Part shown: positions 1-13,273 of the stretch, in pieces
How the letters are laid out: every line of letters begins with the position of its first letter
Position numbering within the stretch: position 1 is the stretch's first letter
Assembly (NCBI GenBank): GCA_009103225.1
Contig: RHPI01001037.1
Location: 1,856,551-1,920,550, forward strand
Length of the DNA stretch: 64,000 nucleotides
Reading direction: 5' to 3'
DNA from: Chlorokybus atmophyticus
Taxonomy: Eukaryota > Plantae > Mesostigma and Chlorokybus algae
The notes under the pieces: model-generated
What the model was told of the DNA's origin: nothing
The model's input: the letters and a program-made list of their open reading frames with translations, nothing else
Database searches by the model: none
Program-made: the position numbers and the translations under genes

Positions 1-2261
1 ATAAATGTTATACTTATGAAAACCGTATCCTTTAAGATGTACGTCACCACAACTGCAAATAGAATGAAGGCGGCTAGCATCGAAACGTTTGACAGATCTT
101 ATTTTTGCATAATGCATAATCACAATTGTAATACATATAAACATCTTAAGTTATTGACAATTGTGCTGTTCATTATCTTGTCTAAACTGATATTGCTGAT
201 ACTTCTAGCTCAACCCTACCATAAAATACTGTAAAACAACACACAAATTTGAAAAAAATGAAGTTGATGAACTCGTATTCAACGGATAATGATTGGAGGC
301 CATTTACAAGCCGTACGTCTGCACGAGAAAATCCATGTCAAGATTTATTGATTTGCAATGAAGCACCCTTGTAGACTCTGAATCAGGCTAAGATTGCAGT
401 GCTTATTTACTCGCCGGGGCTTGGCATGATCAGTGAGTGATTATAATATAAACTTGCACAAGCAGTGATACATGCCAACAAATGGACACAATATACACTT
501 GCACTCGAATTTTAATGTATGGGATGTTGCTCGTGCGGCAACGCTATAGCACATTGCGCGGTCGCATGCTTAATAACCATAAGCATTCAGCGGTTTTTCA
601 CGCCTCATTCATGTGCTAGTCAGCTGAATTCGTTATTTGATGCAAATGCACATTATAAATAATGCTTTCTCACGAAGGTGTGTGTGACAGTGCTCGTGCC
701 TTGTCACCTGTGAGTTGATCCAATCTACAACCCTCTCACCAAGACATGGTATTCACACCGGATCCTTGCCCCCTCTGCCAAGCACACGAGCGCGCCCCGC
801 GACTCGCATACGCACGCGTATGCGCCCGAAGCTACACACCGACTTGTGTAGCGCCTTGGATCGTCACACAAGCAAGCACACACTAGTGGACACACGCTAG
901 CAACCCCTGCTAACCACCACCAGGCTTGCACACAGGAAACTAGGGAGCTGAAGGTTATTTGCACATAGTGAAATGTCTCTTTTATACCTACCGATCTGCA
1001 CATGCTACTATCTAGACGATTCTAGCGCTAGACGGAACTAGAAGCTAAGATATTCTTGCAGAATCTTGTAGTACACTTCTGAACCTTTCCTACGCACCAA
1101 AGATCTCCGCATTTGGTGCCCATATGATTATGTTATACTGTTTGGCGCCAGGCCCTTCCAGAAATCTGATCGAGCCCTTCTCGACTGGCCCTCCGTTTTT
1201 TGGCACCTTCCGGACTCGTTCTAGGCCCTCGCCGATATCCTCCATAAGTCATGAAAACGTGGTGCTCGATGAATTGGCCAAAAAAGGTCCTAAAATTATG
1301 AAACTTGGCCTCAATTGTTTCCGTGTGATTGTTGGCGGTCGATTTTATCCTAGCGCATTACGTAAACTGTGCCATCCAGCCTAATATTGAACACATTGAT
1401 GGGCCGCCCATGTCACGGCTTATCTGTATCATTTTTGCTTGCCCGCAGTACTTCCGTTAGAACGTCGCAAAATGTATTAAAAAGCAAGAATCAGCTAGAA
1501 TCCATCTATCATAGCACTTAAAGAAATGGCCACAAGTAGTTATCTTGTGCCATCTTCATCACATTTGCAAATGTGAAGTACATATTTAGCCCCTTGTTAA
1601 GGTCGGGGCTACCGGTTTTGAAGCCACCTCATTTAAAAGCTTTTGCACAATTTCAAGGAGCGCAACTACGCTCAGGGCCATTGCCCACCATGATAAGGTT
1701 AAACTTTGTATTACCCTTAGGAGGCTCAGATGACCGTCGTTAACCTCATCGTTCGAGTGATACATGTGGCAGTGCATCAATCGCGTCCATATGAATGGTC
1801 ATATGTATCGCCCCGTCAGCTGGGTTGCCCATAACACATCTGTATGCATATGCACACATATACACTGTCTACGTGTGGCATATAGCACATACATTGCCAT
1901 GTCACGCATGAACCCCAACTGCACAAATCTCGCACAGTTTCAAGGCATATGCCACCAACCGCTTAAAATGTTACGGGGGATGGCGTATGCCAGGACATAA
2001 TGAGTGTAGTTTATACACGTAATGTGATGTGACGGATTGTTTATTGTAAACGTAAAACAACTTACATCAAGTTTTGCTTATAACCTCGCGACCTCATATA
2101 ATCGTATGCAGAATCAAATGACATGGCTATGAGCTATGCAATGAAATCAACCATCAAACCCATGTAATTGTGTTGTTGAGTGCAGCCAAGAGCTATCAAC
2201 ATTTGAGGGAAGCAGTATTACTGCGTAATATATATATACACACACACACACATATATATAT

Positions 2262-2705
2262 ATATAACACTACACTAGTGCATGGATTGTTTGCATTGTT
2301 TTGTAAATAAAAGAGTCGTCATATCCAACTGACTTTGTTTGGACGCCGATCAAGTCGTCAGCCGAATACTATGCTACCTACAGTTTGTACTTTTGCTTAT
2401 ATATACACACATATATATGTATATTTATAGATATATCCACATATATATGTATAAATATACATATATGTATTTATACATATATGTATATATACATATATGT
2501 ATATATATGTGTTGATGTATACATAAACATGGATATATCTATAAATTTACATGTATATGTGTATATATATATAACACTACACTAGTGCATAGATTGTTTG
2601 TTTTTCTTTATGAACAAAACAGTCGTCGTATCCAACTGACTTTGTTTCGACGCCGGGCAAGTCATCAGCCGAATACTACGCTACCTACGGTTTGTACTTT
2701 TGTTT
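2262..2705. repeat. Two ~140-bp imperfect direct repeats (about 2262-2398 and 2569-2705), each directly preceded by TA/CA microsatellite
   Basis: Both copies read ATAACACTACACTAGTGCAT(G/A)GATTGTTTG...GTCGTC(A/G)TATCCAACTGACTTTGTTT...CAGCCGAATACTA(T/C)GCTACCTAC(A/G)GTTTGTACTTTTG. Offset is about 307 bp, and (TA)n-rich sequence lies before and between them. Confidence 0.9.
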
Positions 2706-3192
2706 ACGGATGCATGCACAGAAGGGCTCATTCCCTACTTGGAAAAGGCGCTGATGCGCGCGCTGCTGACAGTACCTTTCTCAATACCGCCTGCAGCAGG
2801 CGGCCTGCTACGCGGCAGAGCGAGAGAGAGAGCGGAAAGGTACTAACAGCGAACGTGAGAATTGAGAGAGACGCAGTAGTTGCGTCTGAGCTTGCGAGTC
2901 TGACTAGCGGGGTGCAGCCGTCCGCCGTCCAGCTCAGTGAGCACTCACTGCCTTGCGGTCTTTGCGTCGCTTTCGAAATGCTATCTCTGCCTTGCTGCAA
3001 TTGCTCGCTGTTGCCACCGCCTTGCCTTCCCTCCCGCCCTGCGTGCATGTGTGCGTGCTTGGGCTCAAGCGACAAGCTTCTCAAAACCATCGCAGCCGCA
3101 CACAAGCAGCTGGTCTAACTTGGCTGCCTCCACTACTTTGCAGGTTGGAAAGGATGGGGCGAGCTGCTTCTGCACCACCGGCGCCAGTAGCA

Positions 3193-6100
3193 ATGGCGTT
3201 GACGGCATGGATGCTGTCTCTGGCGCTCCTGGCTGCCTGCCTGCGCATCCGCCCTCACCGTGGACGACTTCTACCCTGTTGGCGCTGCCAACGGCGACAC
3301 AGCAATGACAAAGTATGTACTGCCTTGCATGATCAAGAAAACAGCCAGAAAAGCGTTTGATGCCAACAATGTTGCTCGTGTAGACAAAGAGTTATCAAAC
3401 GCTTGCTGAAAACGTGGTTCTTGTCACATAGCTGACTGGCATTAGACTAGAGACAAAGTCCCTTGCCCAGCGAGCTGACGATGATGCATGCATGTGTGAA
3501 CATGCACATGTTGGTTGCTAGGCACGCACCAGGCTGGCTAAGCATGTAACTCTCATCCATGTGGCGAGCAGGTGCCAAAACTGTGCTTCCAGCCTGATCT
3601 GCTTTCCATCCGCGGTGCCGGTGTTGGGCAACCCAAACGTGCGCGGCGTCTACATCAACAGCAATGGCGCCCTGCATTCCCGCCAGCCGTACAGCACTGG
3701 CACTCCCTTGAACTTCCCCCGCAACGACAACTACACAAGCATGGCAGTGGCAGGCTTCTGGACAAACCTGTACAACGTGTGCCCAAACTGGCAAAACTGG
3801 CAAAACCACGTACAAACAATCAACGACGCGCCCGTCCTGGCCGATATCAGCACCAATGTGCAGGAAGCCTTCCCTACAGAACAACTCGCCGTCAGCTTCA
3901 GCGCAACATCAGCTGTGATTGTCACCTGGAACAAGGTGTGGACGAGTGCCTCTGCGTGTGTGTTTGTGTGCGTGTGCGTGTGAGGATAGGTGTGCGGTTG
4001 AGATGTTGATGTAGTGGGACCATGTTGCATGTGCGCAGACTGCCAAGGAATATATTGTTATCGTATATTAATAATACTAATGCTGCACGGCGCGTCCTGA
4101 AAACGAAACATTCCAGATAGTCATCGCATCTAACACCGACACAACCTTCATTCTCTTACTATACGAGGATAATGATGCACCTCAGACTACCAACGCGGTG
4201 CCGGGTGCTGTTGGTACATGGCTACTGCTCCCCCTCCAGCTCCGCACTTCATTCTCTTGCACATGGTGTGTGCACAATCTAACCATGTGCTGTTGTTGCA
4301 CAGCTCAAGCGGGATTTGATATCGGGGATGGTATCCGCGGATATAGCCTGCCCGGCGCGCGTACCGGTGCGGTCGGCGATTCCACCAGAGATGGTTCCAA
4401 TATTGAGCAGGTAAGTACAACTGCCATCCATGCTGATGCTGTGCGTTTAAGAAGCGAACAAGGCGGGCACTGCATACTTAGGCATGTGTGCTTGCATTTG
4501 TGTTTGCATGCGCACACGTGCATGCAGACACATGTTTATGCATGCACTCATGCATAAACATGTGTGCTAAGGAGAGAGGCAGGCACTAATTTGTTTCCTT
4601 GCTCTGCAGCCTGGCAAGTGGTGCTTTGGGCTGAGCGCAACCATACCCTCAGCGCCATTGCCTAGTGAGTGACAACACGCAGCGTGCCTGCCATCAGGCG
4701 TTAGCAGCACACGCAAGGACACAAGCACTGAGCTCTGGTGTCCTTGCGTGGCATGCATGTTGTGGCAGTCCCTCTGCTGTGCTTCTCAACTTCTTGACGT
4801 GTGTTCGCTGTTGCTTGTGCCGAGCGCAGCGCACGGCCGTACAGTGCAGATGCATGCGGCGGCGTCGAGCAGCGAGCCTTACGCGGGTTCGACGCTTGTA
4901 ACCAGCAACGCACTCTCACCTGGGACTTAAACAACGACGGCGACTTCAACGATGCCGTCGGGCTGAGGCCCGTATTCGGTGTCAAGTCACAAACGCAAAC
5001 TACGCCCGGGCGTGTACACAATCAGCGCTCAAGCTAGCAGTCCCTCACCTTGCCCAAGCTCACCCAACCCAATAGTGCTCGACACCACCGTCACGGTCGT
5101 GTACGGTCTGCCTGTAACTCCTGCCATCCGGCGACTGACTGTGTCCACGTGAACGGGGAATAATGAAGCCTTTGTTGGAGAGCTTTTCAAGGCCAGCGCG
5201 CATGTTGCAACTACTACGTGCCGCACGTGTTGACTTACAACTACGGTCCGGATAATGTGGTGAGTAACTGATCGTGTACATGTGTGCATGCGTGTGTGTT
5301 GCAATAGCAAGCGCTTGCACATGCTGTCTCTCCTTATTGCAGGCGCTGAAAGGAGCTGGCGTTCGGTGTATCAGCCCCGGAGAGAAGCATATCACAGCTA
5401 CTGTGGAGCAAGATGGTATTATAAGTCAACCGCGGAAGTCGTCATCACAGTCAACACCGTATCGCGAGTTGCTGGTTGCGACTGGCATACACACTTGCAC
5501 GCGCATACGCATGCTTGCATGACCGCACGACCACCACCACCATAGTCACTGAGTGATTGGCAACGACAATAACAGCATCGGTGCGTCGTATACAATGGAA
5601 GCATGCGGTTCCGTACAAGCGAAAGCGGCCGCGGGCGTGGACGCATGCGGCAAGCAGCGAGTCTTCCAGTGGGGAGTTTGACGGCGATGGTGCCTTTGAC
5701 GACGCCACCGGGCCCCGGGGCCCAACCTTATGTTGACGTTAAAGTCCTGCTCAAGCCCCCCGGCGTGTACACGATCAGTGTCAGAGCCAGCAGCCCCACT
5801 TGTCCAGCCTCTCCTCCTGAGGGGTGTGTGTTGTGGTACAGCTTTGCTTGCTGGTCAAGTGTCGTCAGCATCGACGCCGTTTGTGCATGTGCGTGCGCGT
5901 GTGTGATTGTGCTGGACTCTTGCAATGACACACACACACACAGGGCGAAGTTGGGAGTACAGAAGTCTGTCAGTACGCAAGCACTTGAGTACAATCCATT
6001 ACGGTGACGCTGGAGCAGTTCGGCGTGGTGGTGACCAAAAGCATCAGCATCACGGTTGTGAGCTTCACGTGAGTGGGTCATTACACAACAAAGCATTGCC

Positions 6101-9041
6101 TCTTCAGCACGCACACACACATGCACAGCGCACGCAGTGAGCTGAAATCAAGTTGCTTCAGCATAGGAGGGCCACCAGATGAACATATGCTCCAACCCCA
6201 TCCATCTGTTTGCCCTCGTAAACCCGGATGCATGCGGCCAGGAGCGGTCTCTGTCTTAGGACTGGGACAACGACGGCGAGTTTGATCGCTTACGGGTACA
6301 ACATCACCTTGCACCCCTATTTGATTAGGGCTTAACTCCCGCAGTCTACCCAATTAGAGTTAAGGCCAGCAGCAGCAGCTCCTGCCCAGACTCTCCTCCA
6401 GAAGAAGTGTTGAGCACCACCATCACTGTCACAACACCACCCCTGGTCATAATAAGCGTAGATGCAAATCCAGAGTGGTGACGGGCGGGTTGCGAGCGTC
6501 GGGGAGCGCATCCGTGTGGATGTGTTAAGAGTACCCTTGCCATGTGTGTGCTGCCAGACATCCATGCACCGCCGAGGACTAGGATAGACTGCGGTCCAGA
6601 AAATGGGGTGAGTAGTAGTGCACATGTGTTGGTGTGTGCATGCCAGGAGCGCGTGAGCACGTGCGCTGAGCTTTTGCATATGCAGCCAGGAAGGTCGCAT
6701 CAGATAGATGGCATGTTGGTTTTGGGTAAGGTTGTTGATTGGTGCTTTTGTGTTCCAACACGGGTTTTGTCGCAGGGTACCACTGTAAATCGTAACGACT
6801 ACGGTCACTGTCTATACCCCTACTTCCTGGCTGCCTGGCAACCCGCCAAAGTATAAGATTGTCACAGTCACGCAGTTTGGCGCGGGCATCGCTGTCACGC
6901 GGCATTGCGATCCAACCATTCAAGTGCGTGTTGTTGTTGTTTCACCCATCATGGCAGACTTGTGTACGCAGTGCACTCAACCGCGTGTGCGTGCAGCTTG
7001 GGAGGCCCGTACAATGTCCGCGCGTGCAGCTCTGTTCAGCTGATACATCCCACCACCCTAGATGCATGCGAGAACCAGCGTGTACTCGCGTTGGACTTCA
7101 ACAACGACGGTGCATACGATGACGCAACACGGAGCAGGCCTATCCTCAACACTGATAGCTGGCATCTCGCGCCCGGAGTGTACCCGAACCATGTGCAAGT
7201 GAGCAGCAGCCCCACTTGCGCCAACTCTCTAACAAGATTGGACACCGTCGATGTGACTGTCACCGCGGGTGTCAAGCCAACCATCACTAGCATACAAACA
7301 TACCTGGCGAGCACAAACCCTGTCGGCAGTGCTGGCGACGATATCCGTGTTGCCGTGTCAACATCAGTTGTGTAAGGCAAGCACTTCCTATTGCCTGCCT
7401 TACACAACCACTATCGGCTGCGGCACAGACAATTTGCTGAGTTGTAAACGTGCCGTTGCTGCGAGCCACACGCCGCATTCATACGCCTTTGCTGACTGTG
7501 CGTGCGTGTGTATGCACAGAGCAATAGGCTATCCACCGATGGGACTTTGCAATTGCATTGCCGGTACAGTGGTCCCGGAGAGAAAGTCATCACCGCAACC
7601 TTCACTCAAAATGGAGTCACGGTCTCGCGCTTCCACCATCCGCACCATCACAATCGCTGCCTACTAGTAAGCGCTCTCCCACATACATGTCCTTGTTGTT
7701 GTTGTTGTTGTTGTCCAACACTCACCCCTCGTGTTTGCAGCTTCAAGGGGCCATACACTCTTGGCTTATGCGGGAGCATCAATCTGGCAGCTGCGGGTGG
7801 CGTCGACGAGTGCGGCATAACCCGGGACCTGGCGTGGGACTCTGACAACGACGGTGAATATGATGATGCAACAGGGCAGCAACCTTTCCTCAGCGCATTC
7901 ACTCGGGAGCTCCGTCCGGGATTGCATCCGATCAGCGTGCGAGCCAGCAGCAGGAACAACGGCGCCTTCTGCCCCAGCTCGGTCCCTCTCATTCACAACA
8001 CCAACGTCACCGTCGTCGGCAGCTTAACACCGCCGATCTTCTCTGTGCGCGCTGTGCCAGCAAGCGGCAACGCAGAAGCCAATATTGGAGAGGGCTACAG
8101 ATCGTTACCACGTATCAAGCTTACTGTCTGCCTTTTACCCTCGCCATCGATTGCGGTCCGGAGCACGTGGTGAGTGTGCAATCGCATGTTGTTGTGTATA
8201 CATGCAATTCGCACTGTCTCGTGCACGCAAACAACATTGTTGTGCTGGTGACAGGTCAACACGCCAGGCTACTGCCAGTACAGCACGGGCGGAGGTCAAG
8301 CGCATTGCGGTTACGGTCTCATTGGACGGTGTCGAGGCGTCCAAAGACCTTGATGTGACTGTGACTTCAATTGCAGCATCATGCGCAACGTCAGTATGTG
8401 CATGCAGAGTGCAGTAGTAGACATGTGTGTGTACACAGCCGTGCATAAGCACACGACACAAACACCACACCTCTCAACTGTGTGATTGACAGGGCGGCGT
8501 ACCCGGAGGGAAGAGTGCGTGGCAAGCGTAGCTGCTTTGCGTTATTGGTCGAACAGTGTGGCATGCCACTATCCCAACAATCTTCAGACGGACACCAAGC
8601 TCTATAATGCATTTGCCAGCAGTGCAAGCAGCGATGCACAGGTATGAATTGCTAGATGCTTGTTGTTTCGCTGTGGGGGGCCCAAGCTGCTGGCCAGCAC
8701 GGCGTATGTGGGACGTATGCATAAGTAGGTTGTATACGTGCAGCTCATTGAGAGTGTCTTTGGCGACCGTACCAGGGCCGATGCCCTGCACAGCTCGTCC
8801 ACTCCGGTATGTTGTCATGCCAATGCGTGCCATGTATGTATGCACGCGTATGTGATGTGCGTGCACATGTGCACGTGCGCATCTCTGCCTTTGTGCGTGT
8901 GCGTGTGAGACAACCAAGTGTGAAGTAGAGATTGTCTGCTTGCTGCATTCATGTGATAGTCACATCTTCATTCACATGGGAACAACTCAGGTTGACTCCT
9001 TCACAGTAGAGGCTGCCGCAACTCTCCTCAATGCCGAGACG
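3193..9041 (+). pseudogene. Multi-exon (pseudo)gene for a secreted protein: signal peptide, NIDO domain, then about five PKD/Ig-like repeats with DxxNDG loops; many frameshifts and stops
   Basis: Hydrophobic MALTAWMLSLALLAAC leader. NIDO-like motifs DDFYPVG, VYINSNG, AGFWT, VIVTW, ETFQIVIA..TFILLLY, AQAGFDIGDG..YSLPG, GSN..PGKWCF. Repeats WDLNNDGDFNDAVG (~4920), FDGDGAFDDATG (~5680), WDNDGEFD (~6262), LDFNNDGAYDDAT (~7090), WDSDNDGEYDDATG (~7835), each followed by PG(V/L)(Y/H)xI-like ...SS. GT-AG introns retained. Lesions at 3233-3244, 4069-4080, ~5000, 5150-5152, ~5670-5720 and ~6290. The 3' end is approximate. Confidence 0.8.
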
Positions 9042-11208
9042 GTGTAATATTCGCAGGTGGGATTTTCCAACGTGCGATTTCTTTGCTTGCATGTGTTTTC
9101 TTGATGTGGTACAGTGTCGTGGCTTGTGAAGCATGTGTCACTTATCTAGGTTGAGCCACTAATCATTGCTCAGTGTCCCCCGTTCGGTGAAGCTTGAGTT
9201 CCTCAATGGCTTACGTAACGCGGGCAATACCATAGCACATAAGTGGTTGTTGTGCTTACTTGCACGCGCGTGTATGTTCTTGAACTTTAACAATTGTCTT
9301 TGCGCGCGCAGTGAATACAGCCATCGACAAGTTGTGCCCTCAAAACAACTTGGGTAGGTGCCCCTTTCAATCATGCTGAAGACGGGCGTCATTAATTAAG
9401 TGAACCAGCAATGTTGTTTGGGTTATAGGTAGTTAGTGTTGCAATACGGTTTGCCTCCTATACAATTGCAAGTTAAGCTTAGCATGTTGATGCACGTGTG
9501 CAACCTTATTGCGGTGAAAACATCAGCCGTACAAGATATGATGAATGTGTGTGGGGTAGACATTTGTATCAAGCACGTGTTGCTCATCTATTGCTTACTA
9601 GTGATGTGTCGGCCTCCTTGCTCCGATCACATGTTAAACATATGCATGTGTAAATGTTTTGTGCTATGTCAAGTTGAAAACATTACATAGCCATTGAAAT
9701 GTATCCATATGAATCTATCCGTACATTGCACTAGCTTTGGCACGATTCATATGCACTCGACGTGCATGCGCCACCTGCTCGGCTGCATCCGCCTTCGTGT
9801 CAACTTGCCATCGGTCTTATAGAGTTCGACCACATGTCCTTAACCCCAAGGCCGACTCACTGAATCGCTCAGACTTCAGCATAAGTTGAGGATCAGTGAA
9901 AAGCAAGCAGAAGAATTGCAACCGTGTGCGCAACAGCAACAACACATGTGCGTATTATCGGCATCAAAGCTAGGCAATATATAGGCACCAACCCACTTGC
10001 CAGCGCTCAAGGGGCAAAGAGCTGTTGTTACCATATAAAACTATATGATGTGTATTGGTTGTTCATGTAAGCAACCATTGCGCATCGTCTGGCGCGATGC
10101 CAAGTTTACCAATGTTGGTACAATTTATTATACAGGTCAATGGTGATAGTGCATGCATATATCATATAACGCGCAAAAGCATACCCATGCATAGTGTGCC
10201 GCTGATCGCTATGTATATATGCTTGACTTTAATCACATTGAATAGCTGTAATCATAGTTGTGTACCCCCCCCTCCCCCCTCTCCGCATGCATTCGAACGT
10301 GCAATGCTGTACACCCCATTAGCCGTCGATGACGACGCCTAAATATGAGACAAGGATGCCTTTGACGACGGAGCAGTACAGAAGATTTTTGAAATGGAAA
10401 ATGCAAACGCATGCGGAAAAGCTTTGGGCTGAAAGGGCTGCTAACTTGCATCACCATTCTTGACATGTGCCATAGTCTCAATGCCCACTTTTTGACTGAC
10501 TGTTGCGTGCATTCGCAGGTTGGTCATGGGTTGTAAGTTGTGGAGCGTGCATGTGTGTTGCTAGCAAGGGGTTTAGGCTAGCCCCTTGCTTGTTGCATGT
10601 TACTTGTGGCTTGTGATGTTGGACGTGCATAACGTCGAACTAACTCAGTATGAAGTGCTTGAGCATGCTTGCACAATTAGTACAATCTGTTATGTGCATT
10701 GGCATTGAGAGGCACTCTCATACTAATACCACATGAGCTGCCCGCAAAGCAGGTACATGCACCCTCCAAGCCCCCCCCGTTTCCAGAACGGATTCCAGAA
10801 CCCGACGTTGAGGCGCTTCATCCGGATTCCGGATTCCGGAAGTAGGGACTGCAAAATGGGAAACGGAAGGAAGGAAGGGAAGGAGGAGCGAGGGAGGGAG
10901 GGAAGTTATGTCAAGTGCAACCGGCAAGGTGGAGGTCACGCCTTTTGCTCCGCTGCTCTGTACGGGGGCAGGCAAGCTGTGGTTTGCCAGGGCAGCAGCA
11001 CGCACCAGCGCGGGACAGGCACAACAGCCAGGACAACAACAACCACCCTGGCGGCGGCGGCGGCCCTCGGGTCAAGGGGGGCGAGCTCTAGCAGGGGCAA
11101 GGACAAGGGGGAGAGGGGGCGGTAAGGAGGGGAGGGGGCGAAGGGGGCGAGGGCGAGGGGAGGGCGGGGAGGGGGCAGGGCAGGGCGAGGGGAGGGGTGG
11201 AAAGCGGC

Positions 11209-13273
11209 ATGCACTCTGCCGCCGCCGCCGTTCCACGCCGCTCGGCCGGGGGGGTTTGGCAGAACGGTGAGGGAGGAGGTGCCGCCGGCGGTGCAGGATC
11301 GCTGCAGGGAGGCAAGGACGCCGCAGGCACCGCACGCCTGATCCAGCAGCCCCTCGCCCTCGTCGGCGTCAACATTAGCCAAGCCGCCGCCATGTCCTTC
11401 TTCACCATCTTCATCGTTATTTCTTGGTACCTCTCCAACATTGGAGTGCTCCTCCTCAACAAATACCTCCTCAGGTCAGTCCACCATCATCAATGCGCAG
11501 TACCATATCAGCTGACGCACATTGGGATTTGCTTGACTGGTTCAGCGACGGCAACGAGTAATCGATTGGGTTGCTGTTGGTAATCTTTGAGTAACTGTGA
11601 ATGCAATGCCGTAGTGGCATTTGTGGAATGAGTGTTACAGGGAGTACATGCAGTCAGCAGTCAGCAGCATTCAATGACAATGACGATTGTGTGTGCAGCG
11701 GGTATGACTTCAGGTACCCAGTGTTCCTGACGATGGCCCACATGGTGGCATGCAGCATTCTGAGCTATGTGAACACGCAGGTAAGCGCGCACAATGCTGG
11801 ATGCTCTTATTGTCCTTGTTACACAGCTGCCCATTGTTGACATTGATTGAGACACATGTACATGCGATTGTGGTGTATAGCTGATCTAGGCATGCATTTC
11901 CACTCGCAGGTAATCAAGTTCGTGCCCAGGGAGAGCATCAAGTCCCAACAGCAGTTCTTGAAGATTGCAGCATTAAGTGCAGTTTTCTGCTTGTCTGTGG
12001 TTGGTGGCAACGTTTCTTTGCGATATATTCCCGTCTCTTTTAACCAGGTCAGTTCTTGAGAATTTTGTGCAATGTGCTGCATCAACGAGTGTTCACGTCT
12101 CCACCGTAGCTAATCACCTGTGTATGCGCGTCTCTCTTGTTTTCCAGGCCATCGGTGCCACGACTCCATTCTTCACAGCGATTTTTGGTGTTATACTGAC
12201 GATGAAGTGGGAGACATTTTGGACATACAGCAGCCTTATCCCTGTTGTGCTGGGCTGTGTCATTGCCAGCGGGGTATGTGCAAGAACTGGGGTCCAACTG
12301 GTTGCATGAACATGACACGGGTTCATTGGTGAGCTTGTGGGCTGGGAGGCGGTGATGGGTTGTGAAGTGCTGATGTGGCGATGTCTCACTACCAACAGGG
12401 AGAGCCTTCCTTCCACATGTTTGGCTTCATTGCATGCATCAGCGCCACTGCTGCGCGTGCGCTCAAGTCGGTGCTGCAGGGCATCCTTCTCTCCAACGAC
12501 GCGTGAGTGTACATATTGTTACACGTTACGCTTGTTGCCTCATGCTTGGCACACCCAGCCCTTGTGATCACTTTGGGCTATGCAGCGCTTTATTAATGCG
12601 AACACATACAGCCATAATAATGCCTCATTGCCTTTAGTGGTGTGCTAAGTCTCAAGTTGCGTGCAGAGAGAAGCTGCAGTCAATGAACCTCCTGATGTAC
12701 ATGTCCATGATTGCGGTGGGCTTGCTGCTGCCCACAACTATGTACATGGAGCCGGGCGTCTTTTCAGCGCTGGCAGAGCGCACCTCGCAAGTGAGTGCCC
12801 GCATGGGCGTGTCTTTAGGGTCCAGTATCCGCTGTTGCCGCACAGTCCTGTCTGATTTGTTGATCTCGCGCATGCGCAGGGGATGGGTATCTGGGCGCTG
12901 CTCATAGCTAACGCCACCATGGCGTACTTCGCCAACCTCACAAACTTCCTGGTCACAAAGCACACATCAGCCCTCACCTTGCAGGTACCGCAATGTTGAT
13001 TGCGGTCTCCTGTTATGTTCATCAGAAAGAGTTGTCACATACACCTGAAGGTGCTCACCCCTCTCCGGGTCTTGCTATTGCCAGGTGCTAGGCAACGCAA
13101 AGGGCGCCGTGGCTGTGGTGGTGTCCATTCTTATCTTCCGCAATCCTGTCACCATCAAAGGCATGCTCGGGTACGGCATCACTCTTGCCGGTGTTGTAGC
13201 CTATTCAGAAGCCAAGAAGCGCAGCACAGCCGCGCCTGTGACTTACCAAAGCGTGCCCTCCTCCGCTGTGTAG
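11209..13273 (+). CDS. Nucleotide-sugar transporter, triose-phosphate translocator (TPT) family, UUAT-like; multi-exon
   Basis: Exons translate to [169 protein letters not shown] ends at 13273. The start ATG is uncertain (11209 or a later Met). Confidence 0.92.

Noticed and set aside
1000-1480. CTAG-rich stretch and three TTTGG(C/T)(G/A)CC motifs as a transposon end or PBS
   Set aside because: I could not identify a paired terminus, LTR, TIR or TSD in the window.
4069-4080. In-frame TAA codons as evidence of stop-codon reassignment (TAR = Gln, as in some ulvophytes)
   Set aside because: VAMP7 ends in TAA and several genes end in TAG at the expected positions, the large conserved genes contain no internal TAR, and the affected gene also has frameshifts and a TGA.
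10770-10845. TTCCAGAA/TTCCGGA repeats as a heat-shock element upstream of the transporter
   Set aside because: Only isolated TTCnnGAA pairs are present and the spacing between them does not give three contiguous nGAAn units.
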